From NCBI GenBank assembly GCA_011109175.1, contig RDEW01000001.1:1254360-1318359 (forward strand): a stretch of 64,000 nucleotides of DNA. Direction: 5' to 3'. Numbering within the stretch: the stretch's first letter is position 1; each line of letters starts with the position of its first letter. Shown here one piece after another: positions 49,764 through 61,899 of the stretch. This stretch comes from Dicyema japonicum. Its lineage: Eukaryota; Animalia; Dicyemida. The notes beneath the pieces are model-generated. The model did no database searches. It was not told the DNA's origin and saw only the letters and a program-made list of their open reading frames with translations. The translations under genes were made by a program, and so were the position numbers.

Positions 49764-50814
49764 CGAGTAAATTCCAATAACTTAAATTTTATAGTTTTTA
49801 TTTATCGATCAATCAATTAATTAAACCACAAAAAAATGAAAAATTTTGTTTTTAACTAATTCAATATAAAAATTATTCAAATTACCAATTTAAGGTTCTG
49901 TCGCCACCCGAGGGACTCAAAGCCGTGCATGACAGCGTTTCAACTCTCGGAAATGGCCTTTTTACTATCCTCCATTACTTCTATGGGTTTTAAGAGTGTT
50001 TGGGACGAAATGGATTCACCTCTTAAACAACTTTATACATCAAACAGTTAGATTACCTAAAATGGAGACATTGTGGGTTGAATGTAAAAAATTGCTGAAT
50101 CATTGTCTAATTTTGTCCCACCCATTGTTGTTATAGTAACGATCTATTATGATATTGGGCGTTGATTTGGGAAATATCGTACATCAAGTAATTTATATTG
50201 ATATGGAATCCATCACAATCCCTACCATTTATTACTGACTTCCCCGAACCACTGCACCACTCATGTATTCTTCTTTGATAATTTGACAGTGGATCAAGAA
50301 TAAATGTATTTCATCCCCCAATTAAGCTTATTACTATTTCTCCAAGCGTTAGTCTCATTTCTATATGGACAATACGACTCTCCAAAGTCTTTGATTACCA
50401 GCAATTGAACGTACGTTCTTTCGCTAATATTCAAAACCTAGCGTACTTCCACATGTGTCAAGTCCTAAGGTCTACCTTTGCATGTAGGACGCACTTGAAG
50501 ACACTCCTTGTCATTTCTCACAAGTTTTTCAGTTCAGTGTTTTGAAGAGTGTTCAACTGGCACTCCCAATGATTTCTCAATAAGTTAGATTTTTTATCAA
50601 CTCAAAACACTAAAGTTAGGAGAAAACCAAAAGCCATGAAACAAATTTTGAGTTTGAAGTAAGGGTGACAGGGTCAATTTATACGAGAAACCGTATGTCT
50701 CTTTTTCGCTGATGACCCTTATTACATCCCCCATGAATTAAGTATCAAAGAGGTGTAAAGAAGTGTATAAATACAGAAAAGTCTCTAGGAATAGACGAAA
50801 ACGCAGTACTTTTT

Positions 50815-50990
50815 CTTGTAAGATCCCTGGTTTGAATATCGTTACTGTCTATTCCGTTAAAGGTTCCACGCATCTACGATACTTCTGAGTTTAAAGTGAC
50901 GCCGTCATCAGCGTTTCATCACTGCGGAAACTTATTGTCTTCAGGGACTCACACACAAAAAAACTGGACTCACTTCCTTCTCTTCTGAAC
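50815..50990 (+). mobile_element. SINE family A, partial copy
   Basis: aaaggttccacgcatctacgat...gtgacgccgtcatcag...cactgcgga. Confidence 0.7.
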
Positions 50991-51109
50991 CTAGCTCGCT
51001 TAGAAGCATGACCTGGGTACTAAATCTTTGGAGAGTATGTACACACACGTAGTGTCCAAAACCAGGTTCCGACCATTATCAAAAGAAAATGTTTTCATTC
51101 ATTTTTAAG

Positions 51110-51420
51110 TGCTATATTTTTTAAAAGCTATAATTTGTGGTTAAACAGCACGCCCTGACTGCGTGGGTAATCCCTCTTAGGATAGCGAGTGAGATTCGCT
51201 CGATTAACCAGCTGCGCTCATATGAATCTCCTGATCGTACAGAAATCCGATTTCCTAGACATTCAAGAATTCCGGCATCGGAACCAGACGTCTCAACGGC
51301 GAGTAGAACAAACAAAAAACTCCTTGGGTAGGAACGAGTACTTTTCCCTTTTCAACCTTTCGGCTTTCTTAGCGGCAGAACATTCTCCGAAGGCATTCTG
51401 GAGTAGGTTGCAAGGGGAAA
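51110..51420 (-). mobile_element. CRE-clade RLE LINE 3' fragment
   Basis: AKKAERLKREKYSFL...LAVETSG...ERISLAILRG. Confidence 0.7.
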
Positions 51421-51628
51421 ATTTGTCGGTAATTTGTGGTTTATAAGTGCTATTTTAATGACTCGTGAGATTCTGTGGCTTTCTAGTTGATCTCTTTGCA
51501 ATCGTGAGAGGCAACGAAACGTCGTTTATGTCGGCGGGGGTCATTTTTGATTGATTTTTGTGTTGTCTAATAAAGTTTTCATTAAAAAATTAATTTATTA
51601 TTCCCGGAACTACAAGAAGGGACAAAAG

Positions 51629-52780
51629 TTATCGTCTAAGTTGAGTGATCCTGGTGTCCATACCATGCTTTCTCCCGCGGTTAGTTTTGAAGTCCTGTAT
51701 TAATCTCGAAGGGGGCAGGCGTCCAGATATAGTTCGACTTCCGGCCCGGGGGTTATTTTTGCCATTTTGAGGAAGTCTCAGTGCCGTTCCGTAAAATGTA
51801 GTAACGATGGATGTGTCTTCTTCGATTCTCATCCTCTTAGAGGAATGTACCACCAACTGATCCTCATCCATTCTTATCTTCCAGTATCTGAAGGTGCCTC
51901 CACATAGTTCACATGTCACTTTAACAATTTGGCTCGAAGCAGATATGAAATCTTCATCAAACCCTAACCCTGTAGTTGGGCTTAACCACCATAATTTCTA
52001 AAAATTTTTTTCAAAAAGTCCGATTGGATGCAAGTTCTTTAGATTCTTCAGCGGATATCCATCGATGTAATTCTCGAAGCACTTAGAGAACAAACCCCAG
52101 CAGTACGACTTTTCCAATATATTTCACGTGGCCTCATCTAGTTCTAGAGCCGACTGTCCTGCTTCCAATACACTGTCGAAATTATTTGTTTCTGCAGGCC
52201 ATGGGATATGATTCTTTAAATACTGCAGAATCAGACATCACAACGAAAAACTGAGATCCTTATGTGCCACGACAGATCTGGACAACTAATTTCTTCCAGG
52301 GTCCTCTGTTCCGTGCTGTTTTTCGCAGGTTGTCAAGATCTTGTGAGTTTACCTATTGATTTCTGTCTGCGTTGAGAACAATCGAAAGTGATATTCTTGG
52401 CCTTCCCCGGAATTTCGGAGATTCCTCCGTGAAATACACTTTCATCACATAATTCGCTGGAGTTGTAAGATCAAGCATTATATGTGCGAAAAGTTTCCAT
52501 CGTTCTTCGATGATTGTTTGGGAGTTTCCTGATCTTGTAATGTGGGTATATTGTTCCGTTGCTTCAGTTTGTTCAGAGCGACTGTATATAACCTTTTTTG
52601 TATTTCAGATCCTCTTCGCCCCCAAGAAACGAGCCAAATTTTCCAAGGTCGTGTCTTTTGGGGCATATTTTCTTTCTATGCAGGTGTTTTCGGTTTTTTG
52701 GTATTCATGTTTAAAAACCACTCGAGAATTTATTTGGCAGTACTTCCAGTATTTTCTTAGGTATCTTCTGTAAACCCTCT
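51629..52780 (-). CDS. Hypothetical multi-exon protein
   Basis: Open frames (YLRKYWKYCQINSR..., CLILQYLKNHIPWP..., VTCELCGGTFRYW...) with candidate introns; unresolved. Confidence 0.35.
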
Positions 52781-52887
52781 AAAATTGGTAAATTTTTAAA
52801 TTGGCCACATTTTGAAAAAAAAATTAAAAAAATCATATTCTCCTAATTTTTTTATGATAAACATTTATTTATAACAATAAAATTGTT

Positions 52888-53275
52888 CTAAAGTCCAGCG
52901 GATATTATCGAGTGGCTGTTATTTCTGGCTACTGCCAGGGATATCCTTTGGAAAAGCCACTCGGTTTCCCGACGATCCCTCGAGGATTTGGTTAATAGAC
53001 ACCCAAGTGCTCTAAGGAAAGAGACCGTCTTGGGGCCAAAGACTCCGCTCGTCTCGACGACCACTGGCTGTACATGGAAACGTTTTAGGAGGCTGCTGTA
53101 TTTCTTTATTTTTGAGTTTTCATATAAACGGGCGGCCTCTCCCGCTTTCATTGCCGACCTCAAAAGTTTCGACTGGGAAAAGCTGTCAGTACAGGCAGCA
53201 TCCCAAATTAAGCATTTGCCCCGAGAGAAGGGGAAGACAGTAATTCCATCGGGTCGCTTCCCATCATTTCCTAAT
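52888..53275 (-). mobile_element. CRE-clade RLE LINE 3' fragment
   Basis: RPDGITVFPFSRGKCLIWDAACTDS...KIKKY...PVVVETSGVFG...LFQRISLAVARNN. Confidence 0.85.
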
Positions 53276-53376
53276 TATTTGGGCAACTTTTAAATTCTCC
53301 TAATTATTTTGGCAACTTTTAAATTGGCCACAATTTAATTTTTAATATAAATTGGAAAAAAATATTTTATTAACAC

Positions 53377-53670
53377 ATGTCTTTCAATGCTTCTAGTGGA
53401 CGCTATACTGGCCTTACTTTTAATGATAAAATTCAAATTGTAAATTATAAAAAAGGATTTTTGAATATCGAATTTAGGGAGGAAAATATTCTTTTTGAAA
53501 TAATTGAAATAGAAACGAGTGAATTAGCAAATAAAGGCAATGGATTTAATATGTTCCCTGAAATATTTGATAATACTTTAAATCTTGTAGGCGAATTGAA
53601 GAGACAGACGATATTAATGTGGCAACCAAGAATATTATTTGGCTCTTCATGTATTGAAAAATTATTTTAA
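53377..53670 (+). CDS. AT-rich 97-aa ORF of unknown status
   Basis: ATG-initiated ORF only; no homology or splice support. Confidence 0.2.
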   Translation: MSFNASSGRYTGLTFNDKIQIVNYKKGFLNIEFREENILFEIIEIETSELANKGNGFNMFPEIFDNTLNLVGELKRQTILMWQPRILFGSSCIEKLF

Positions 53671-55348
53671 ACAGTAGGAATTATTATTAATAAGCACACC
53701 GCAAAATAACGTTAGTAAAGTCATCTCGCTTGTGCCACCCTCTCCTGGATGCGTTTTGTTAATTGCTTTTAGTTCCCTCTGTTCCTCGATAGGTCCCTCA
53801 GGTGCTCAAGATTATCTGCCGACGTCAACCCTTACCCAATCGAAGTTAGGTATTGATGTAGAAGGGTTGGTAGATTAATTCGCGGTCTTCCCCGGAAAGT
53901 CGATCCCGGATGAGGAGCATAGCGGTGTTCCATCGCGAGATTAGCGGGAGTATACCTGTCCATTCTTAAGATGTGACCAAATTTAATTGGAATGGAGGGG
54001 TTAAATCAAATTTCAAAAGCGTTAAAGAAAGGAATGGCTTATCAAAAAATAAAATTTTTTTATCACTCTTTCTAACCACCAGTTTTTTCGAATCCTACTT
54101 ATTGTGCTAACATAATGCTCAACACTCTTAAGTGCATCCAAGACAATAATGGACGATTCGGGGGAGTAACATAAACGTGCAGTCAACAATGTTCATTATG
54201 TGTTGTCTCATTACCTTGGCTTTGTTTAGGAAGCAAATCGATTTTTTGTAGCTTCTAAGGTCATGAACCAGCTCACGCCTCTTTTGATCATCGTTCAGTG
54301 AACACGCTTTACGGGTTTTTGCCAAAAAGTGAGGAGGGTTCTCAAGACCTCTCACTTTCATGTATTTTCCAGCCCAGATTCGGTTCTCGGAGGGGTAAGA
54401 ATATCCTATGAAGTGTGAGGGTAAATTAGAGCTTTACGAATACCCACGAATATAGTTTGAGTTAAATTTGTCAGACTTTGAATTTTAAGAGAATGAGTGA
54501 TGTTTATTAGTGAAATTAATGGCATAAGCATTTTCCCACCAAATAAGTAACTACACATACCCTGTCATTCGAGTCCAAAAGGGGGACGAGAAGTTACACC
54601 CACGTTGAGGAGACGAAGATTAGAATTATACTGCGGTGCACCCGACCTTCCAACCAATTAGTCACTAACTGGTCCATCCTTCCTGTTCGTAAGCATGGGA
54701 AAACCGGGATCGCTTAACTGGTCACTTATTCCATCTTTCTCAGTTAGATAAAAATATCCTTCCCCTCATTTTATTGAATTTACCTAGGTCAATCACTCTT
54801 TAATCCTAATACATATTTATTTACGTAAGCAAAATCGATCGAAATTAAATATGATTTAATTATCAAGTCATTTTTGTGAGAAATCCACGTGGATGAATCT
54901 TCAATTATATTTCTCCAAAAACTACGTCCCTGATCAAACTGAAGGCCTAAGTGACGGGTTTATTTCTTAATTTGGAAATTTCTCACTCTAGTAGCCGTTC
55001 TTGCGAATTTTAATTTCCAAATGAAGACATCAGGGGTCCCTATTAATATTTTTGTCTCCGAAATTTGATGGAGACTTGTAGTTGGAATTTTCAAACGACG
55101 ATTAACCGAAATAAAATAAAAATAAAATAACTTGGATTTTATTTCGCTTCGAAATTAAATATAATAAATTATGTTACTTGGATATTTAAAAAATATAATT
55201 TTTAAATTTGCAAATAAATAATTTTGCGGCGAACCTAAATAACTGTTTTTGTACTATTATATAATTTCCAACTACGGCGATTTTGATTTAACACTATTTG
55301 GTGACGTTATACGCAATATTAATCTCAGATTAGGATATTTGCAGCAAA

Positions 55349-56022
55349 ATGGACCAAAATTCAATGACCATAAAATGTGTAGTAGTCGGTGACGGTGGAG
55401 TCGGGAAAACCAGTTTAATGATAACCTATACCTACGGAGAGTATCCCCTAAACTACACACCCACAGTTCTCATGAAGCTAATTCTTAGGTTTTCGATAAT
55501 TATGCTGTGAAAGTGTCAGTCGATACTGAGAAAAAGGGACCCATAGAAGTGAATCTGTGTATCTTCGACACCGCGGGACAGGAAGACTACAGCCATCTCA
55601 GGTCCCTTGCCTACAAGAACACGGATATTTTTGTCGTTGCCTTTTCCGTGGTTGAACCCACTTCCTTTGAAAACGTGAGGATTAAAGTAAGAGCGAATTT
55701 ACCAAAATTAGTGGTTTTCAGAAATCAAAAGTCAGTTCGGTCCTTCAACACTGGCCATTCTGGTGGGGACCCAATCGGACCTGCGGAATGACCCCACCAT
55801 ATTGGAAAAACTGAGGAAACGTAATCTGACGCCAATCTCAAAGGAAATGGGGGAGAACCTAGCAACTCAGCTAAATTGCATATCCTACTTCGACACCTCA
55901 GCCCTGCTAAACGTAATATTTGGTAATATCCTCAGTATAATATTAAAAACTTGATGAACTTTATCATAAAGAGTGTGGTCATCCAAAAAATGACCAAAAA
56001 GAAAGGGTGCTTAATTTTATAA
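55349..56022 (+). CDS. CDC42: Divergent Cdc42-like Rho GTPase
   Basis: [19 protein letters not shown]|[21 protein letters not shown]|W, GTQSDLR, C-terminal KKKGCLIL (CaaX); introns of 23, 25 and 23 nt. Confidence 0.8.
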
Positions 56023-56799
56023 AGTAATTCGACATAATTATTTATGATATTAATTTTTGGAGATTTATAAATTTGTTCTTATTACTGCCCTTAAGTTTTC
56101 TACCCACGTGGCCACTTAGGTGACTACCCACATACGTTGATCAGATAGCGTAGTGGTCTCAAAAAGAATCCCTCTCTTTCTGCCCTTCCCTACACTACAG
56201 ATCCCTATGAAAAATATTTATCCGATTTGATGAAACAAAAGTAGTTGCTTATATTCCAATGTGAACAAAATTCAGTGATTTTGATAGCCTCAAATTCAAC
56301 AATTAACTTAACCAAACAAAAAGAGATGAAACACTATTTTGCTCAATTAACTAAGTGATGGTAGTACCGACGTTGGGAACCATCTGTTGTTTAAACGATT
56401 TTAAATGTTGTTTAAAGCATTTTTAACCATAATGTTTAATTTAAGATATTCGAAATCTCCTATTGGGGCAGTTTTTTATCTAAAATAAAAACTATTATTT
56501 TTTTAATTTTATTTATTTTTAATTTTTATCGGAAAATTATAATTTAAGCGGGTTAAATTGATTCTTTTCTTTGTGATTCCGAAGATATCAACATGAGAAA
56601 TTTGTTACCGTCAGTATCTATGACTAAATTAACCAACAAAAAGAGATAGGGAGACGTTCTGTTTGCCTCTCTTCGTTCTGTTTTCTGCATGAAGTCTCTG
56701 AAGTCAATTCTTATATTTAATTTGGGCACATCTCGGATCTCAAAGCCCGAAGAGAAAGGGCTTGACTCATCTACAGAAGACAACTTCAGTTTCTCCAAG

Positions 56800-57110
56800 G
56801 ACTGAAATTGTCAAAGTGAATAAGAATGAAGCGTTATACGAAAGATGCCTCACAGTACCCAGTAGCATGTTAGTCACAGAAACACAATGGAATCTGTTTG
56901 GCTACATTCTGAGAATAAACCCGAACACATTAACGAATGTCATAATGGAAGACTACTTTGCAGTATTTGGAGAAAAAATTCAATGGACGACCAGTAGTAC
57001 GGTTCCTGAAATACTCACTGATGATCTGATATTGGCGAAGAAAAAACTTAGAGACGGCGAAGACTTTGGTGTTCTGAGGAGTTTGGCATCTAACAGAGAG
57101 GATGGATAAC
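56800..57110 (+). mobile_element. RTE-like LINE 3' fragment
   Basis: QWNLFGYILRINPNTLTNVIMEDYF...PEILTDDL. Confidence 0.75.
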
Positions 57111-57739
57111 CAGGATCACTCGAGTGCGGCAGGTAATTATAGTTCATTTGATGTCACTTTGCTTATGGACATGATTTTGCCGTCCTGGGTTTATGTAGAC
57201 GTTGCAGACTTGGAGTTATTTACACTGCCCTTGACTGAGAACATACAGGGTTGTCTTCATCTTTTATTTTACTCATCGCTGGGATTGGAAGGAGGAGAAG
57301 GGATATGCTGGTGAACTCTGCATTGGCTCTCATTGAAGAAACTGGATTAACTTTGATTGGATTCAGCTGTAGAAATGTTCACGACATTCAAGCCCACGGC
57401 AGGAGACATAACCACTGCAACTGGGACAAGAAGAGATAAGCACGAGGACTTGATAAATACAATCACTCAGATTATGTGATTTATAGAAGAGGTCTAAGAG
57501 ATATACCCATTACCGTATAATGGACATAAACCTTCATAGACTATTTGTCTTCCGTTTTAATATTAAAGGGAGACTCAGAATTACTGGACGAATGAGGACA
57601 ATAATTCTATATGAAAGATTCGCCGTTGATAAAATAATTTACAAACCAACCGGAAAAAATTATATGGTTGAAAAATTAAAAAGTCCCCCTGGGGATACAC
57701 CCCCACCATTGCTGTGGAAAGAAACGATGAATATTCTTA

Positions 57740-58260
57740 AGAATGCTGCAAGGAGTTGTGTTTGAAATCGATTTTTTTCTTCAATCCAAAAAAATCGAAG
57801 AGTCGGTGAATGAACGGTGTGAGGAATACAAGAACTGGTTCCCCTCCTCGAACGGAAAGACTGTAATTCCGGACGGCCGTTTTCAGTCTACTCTGTCCAG
57901 CCTGACAAGTTCCAGTTTGGATGATATCCAGCAGACTCCACAGCACAGTTCACAACTCCGTTTATCGCCTTATGTCTTGGGAATCTTCCTGTAATTCTCA
58001 ACAAGAAAAAACATGATTTCCTTAACAGTCGATGGCACCGCCGCACCGAGACTCGTGAGTCTGGCAAATCTCAAGTCCATGTCTGATTGAGATACCGATT
58101 CATACGTTATTGTCGTCAAAGTGAGTTCCGATGAATCCGATCAGGAGTGCAGTGATCCAAGCTCCACTCCCAGTGACCACGCATGCGTGTTGCTGTTGGT
58201 TTGATTCAGAAGCTTCTCATATTTATTTTTGCAGGACCTGTAAAGATCTTTAAAACACAC
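57740..58260 (-). mobile_element. CRE-clade RLE LINE relic
   Basis: KLELVRLDRVD*KRPSGITVFPFEEG parallels 53200-53270; several in-frame stops. Confidence 0.65.
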
Positions 58261-58414
58261 TAAAAGCGAAAGTGTTTCAAGGCCAGGGTCTGCACTAAAC
58301 TGAGTTGGGGCTGTATCGGGTCACATGGGCTTAAAATCGATCTTACAGAGATATAGTAATAATAAAAATACTAATGACAACGGTAACACCAAAATAAGTA
58401 ATTATTTTTTTAAT

Positions 58415-58748
58415 TAATTTATTATCCTCGGATACACCCAGAAAGTAATAATAACACCGAGAAAAAGTTAAAGTAAAAAACTAATTAAGTGTATCCAGTT
58501 TCCACTTCTACAGAAACAGAGTCCATCCGGAATCAACATAAAATGAAAAAGACGTCCATACTTGCAGTTGCGGAAACCCCTCCAGTGGACTGGGGGAGAG
58601 AAAATGATCCATTTTTGTGCCAACCTAACACTGGTCGCCACCTTGACAGGTGGATCACATGACGGCATTCTAATAAGAATGGAAAAAAGAGGAACAAACA
58701 AAACAAATAGAAAATTTCAACCAATAGCGTAGCACTACGTGGGGCCAA
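58415..58748 (-). mobile_element. SINE-like family B, copy
   Basis: Colinear with, and highly similar to, 63140-63460. Confidence 0.8.
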
Positions 58749-58789
58749 GTAATGATTGGCAATAATTTAAAAATAATCAAACCGAAAGG

Positions 58790-59310
58790 ACCTAAATGAT
58801 TAACTCCCAATGATGGCTATGGAAGGAAAACGTTTGACAAAAAAAGTGGAAGCTGTTCTTAAGGATCTAAGAGCTAAAATTAGTCCTACCTTTATCTTGG
58901 AAATAATATATGCGGATGACTTGGATTTTGTTTTTGAGGACATCAATGATATCAGGATTAATCAAGCTTCTAAGGTATTTGGAAACTGGTTCTTGAAAAT
59001 GAACGAGCAAACAGTTAAAAGAGAGAGCGAACTTACCGCTGAGATATGAAAGACAGCAAAAAAAGTCTTTGGTTGGAGGCCGGATGGACGTTCAACGAAG
59101 AAAGATGTTGTCGACAATAGCACTGAAGAGACTTAATCTACATGGCTGAGATACATGCATGTCTCAAGGCCAGTAAAAGTACGACTATAAAATGCTTTCG
59201 TCCTACCCATACTCCTCTACAACTCGGGAACGTGGGGCCTAACTCAGACATGTGTTGATAATTGAATTCTTTTCACTAAAAACAACTAAGGACTCCACTA
59301 GAAATACACT
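58790..59310 (+). mobile_element. RTE-like LINE RT fragment
   Basis: EIIYADDLDFV...WFLKMN...YKCFVLPILLYNSGTWGL. Confidence 0.8.
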
Positions 59311-59314
59311 GCTT

Positions 59315-59420
59315 CAGTGTTTCTCAACCTTTTTTCGTATCGTCCCTATGAAAAGTTTTCGCCCCTGTCAATAATTTATCGCCCCCATAATTTATTTTAT
59401 TTTATTATCGCCCCTCATAA
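59315..59420 (+). mobile_element. hAT/Charlie-like terminal sequence (solo end)
   Basis: CAGTGTTTCTCAACC start followed by short tttatcgcccc repeats; no partner TIR found. Confidence 0.45.
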
Positions 59421-59893
59421 TGTTATAATTAATTGGATTAAAAGAACCTTGGCCTTGTGAAGGTTTACCGGATGCTCTATAATTGGGATTCTTGTAGTAA
59501 GAGCTACTCTGAAGTCTTCTCTTTTGCAGATACTAAAATTCATATTGCGGATGAATCATGAATACAGAATAGTAATCTCTGCTCGGGGCTTTTAGAGGGA
59601 AGGCGACAATTTCTGAAAATCCACCTTACTCAGGAGACGTCCAATGCATGGCTGACATTCAATAGGTTCTATCTCTTCATTCCAATGGTAGACAATTTCG
59701 CTTCCTGGCGACAAGTTCTAACATTAATCTCAGCTTCCCAGACAATGTCCTCTGGATCATTGTGCTAGGATGAAGGCCCTACTGGAACGCGTCAAGATCA
59801 AGGGATTATTAGTTCGGTTTACCCTTGGTATGGAATAATTTCATTTTAATTCTCGAATGTTCTATTGGTAGTTAAATTATTAATATAATTTAG

Positions 59894-61284
59894 TTAAATA
59901 TTTGTTATTTGTGAAATATTAAATTTCGGTTTCCAAGGTTTATTCGCAACTGGTTTAAGCACAATTCCTTCGTGATCATCACTCTGCTTCGATAGGGATA
60001 GTTCTGGACCTCTTTTAGATCTTTTCCCCTCAATAACGATTGTGCCCGCTACTGGTTGAATGTGGTCGAGCTACGCGATGACAAAGCTGCTCATACAAAG
60101 GTGAACTGGTTTAACATTTCCTCACGTGGATGTGCCGAAGAACTCGTGGAAACCGATTGCTTCTTTTTAGTCTTCTCTTTTATTTGTTCTATTTTTTATG
60201 AATTGTACTCACTTGACTGTGGCAAACCAAACTCTCTCCCATCATCAATTTGGCGGGATTTTCTCCCATCCTTCAAATTCACGACAGGGAATTTTCTAAT
60301 AATAAACGTGACCTCACTTTGAGTCTATGGCATGTTTGGCTCTACTTTGATCGAGGATATGATATTCCCATGTGCGTCGAAGACGACTTCTTTTTTCGCG
60401 TTGGTTCGACTTGGCAAAGTCTGAGTAATCATTTCGGTTACCTTAAACACGTGGGAACTGATAAACTTATGGGCCTCTTCGGTTGGCCAGAACTTCTTTT
60501 TCTCCTTGTAGGACTGACTGGAAAAGGTTTGAATACTCTGCAACTCATCCTTTGGAAGACTTTCCATGGTCCTTTGGATGGTTTTCGGAGCTTTTGGCTT
60601 ATTTTTCTTATGTTTTATCATTTCAATCACTTTTACGGGTTTCGTCGCTGTTACTGGATTTGTCTCAATCGGGGGGACTATTTCTTCCACCACGCACTCT
60701 TCTTCACTGCTAGTTTTAACACTAAAAGTAATTTCAACTCATTTTTGAAATCGAGAATCTCATTACCTTTCGGAGCTTTCGCATTTTTCGTTCTCCTTAA
60801 TTTTGTCGGGGGGAGGCTGAATGATCACACTCTTTGTGCACGCCTGGGCCCAGTTATCCCTCTCACATACAGGTCCCACTAAAATATGATGAAAACCAAC
60901 CTTCTTGGTCATTACTGAGGATCCTATCTGGAGGATCTGTTTCCCCTTCATCTCTGCAGATAAAGTTCCACTAAAATTAAAAATCGTCTCACCTTGACTA
61001 TATGACTTAGAGCATCCTTGGCCATGGTAACTGTGAAGGGGATCAGAGAATTTTCTATTAAATTTTTGTAATACTGAGTCTCAGCTTGTAAAAGTATCCC
61101 CCAAACTATCTGATTCACGAACAAACTGTCGTCCTGCTGTTCCATCATTTGACTCCTGTCATAATTTGTAATCATAATTTTACCATTCAATGTCATTAAG
61201 ACGTCCTGGAATGATTTCAAAACTAGGAACTGGTCCCGGACTTTTCGGACGACTTTTTTGGCGTCCAGTAAGTTTTGATGTCAT
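59894..61284 (-). CDS. C2orf81: C2orf81 (DUF4639)-like protein
   Basis: FEIIPGRLNDIE|W...IPFTVTMAKDALSHIVK|WNFICRDEGE...DNWAQ matches the remembered IVPGRL..EW...IPFT...WxFLxRDEGE...DSWAQG pattern; introns of 21-29 nt. Confidence 0.75.
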
Positions 61285-61899
61285 TGTCTATTTCTATGGA
61301 TATTTTAATATTATTTGAATTTAAACTTTATTTTTTATTTATTATTTATTTAATTATTTGAATTAATTTTTAACTTTAAGTGCAAGAGAACCTGGTTCTA
61401 GGACTAATCTCCCTCATAATGTTTGCGTTTCAGCATCGTTTGGTCGACACACCACGACCAACTTGGGATCTGTTTCCTAATTTATCTCGGATAGTTTCAA
61501 TGTAAATTTACTTACGGGTGGGATCTATGTGGACACGACTTTGTCTTCGACTCTGTTTCAAGGTTAGTTTGACGAAGATCTTTGGGGTCAACCTGGAAGG
61601 CTCGTTTTAATAAACAAATTCAATCAAGATCGCACTTACTTTTCAACGGGGTCCCATAATAATCTTCTCTCTCGCTTTTATCTAATTTGTTTCGACACAT
61701 ATCCCAACAACTGAGGACCACAATACTTCTAATATTGCCATTGATGGTAGTTCCTCCTCAGTGGTTGCCGTAGAGTTATGCCAAGTTATTTGCCAATATG
61801 TTTTTCGTATCGGCATCAAAATCTTAGTTGGTTCTATTTACAATGGATTCTAATGTGAATCTGAGATATCCCTTGGCGGTGTTTGGAGTCGACGTAAAA

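Noticed and set aside
51840-51920. RINGv/MARCH domain suggested by TCELC
   Set aside because: The upstream Cys/His ligands could not be found in any spliced frame.
60250-60882. 210-aa plus-strand ORF
   Set aside because: Antisense shadow of the C2orf81-like exons.
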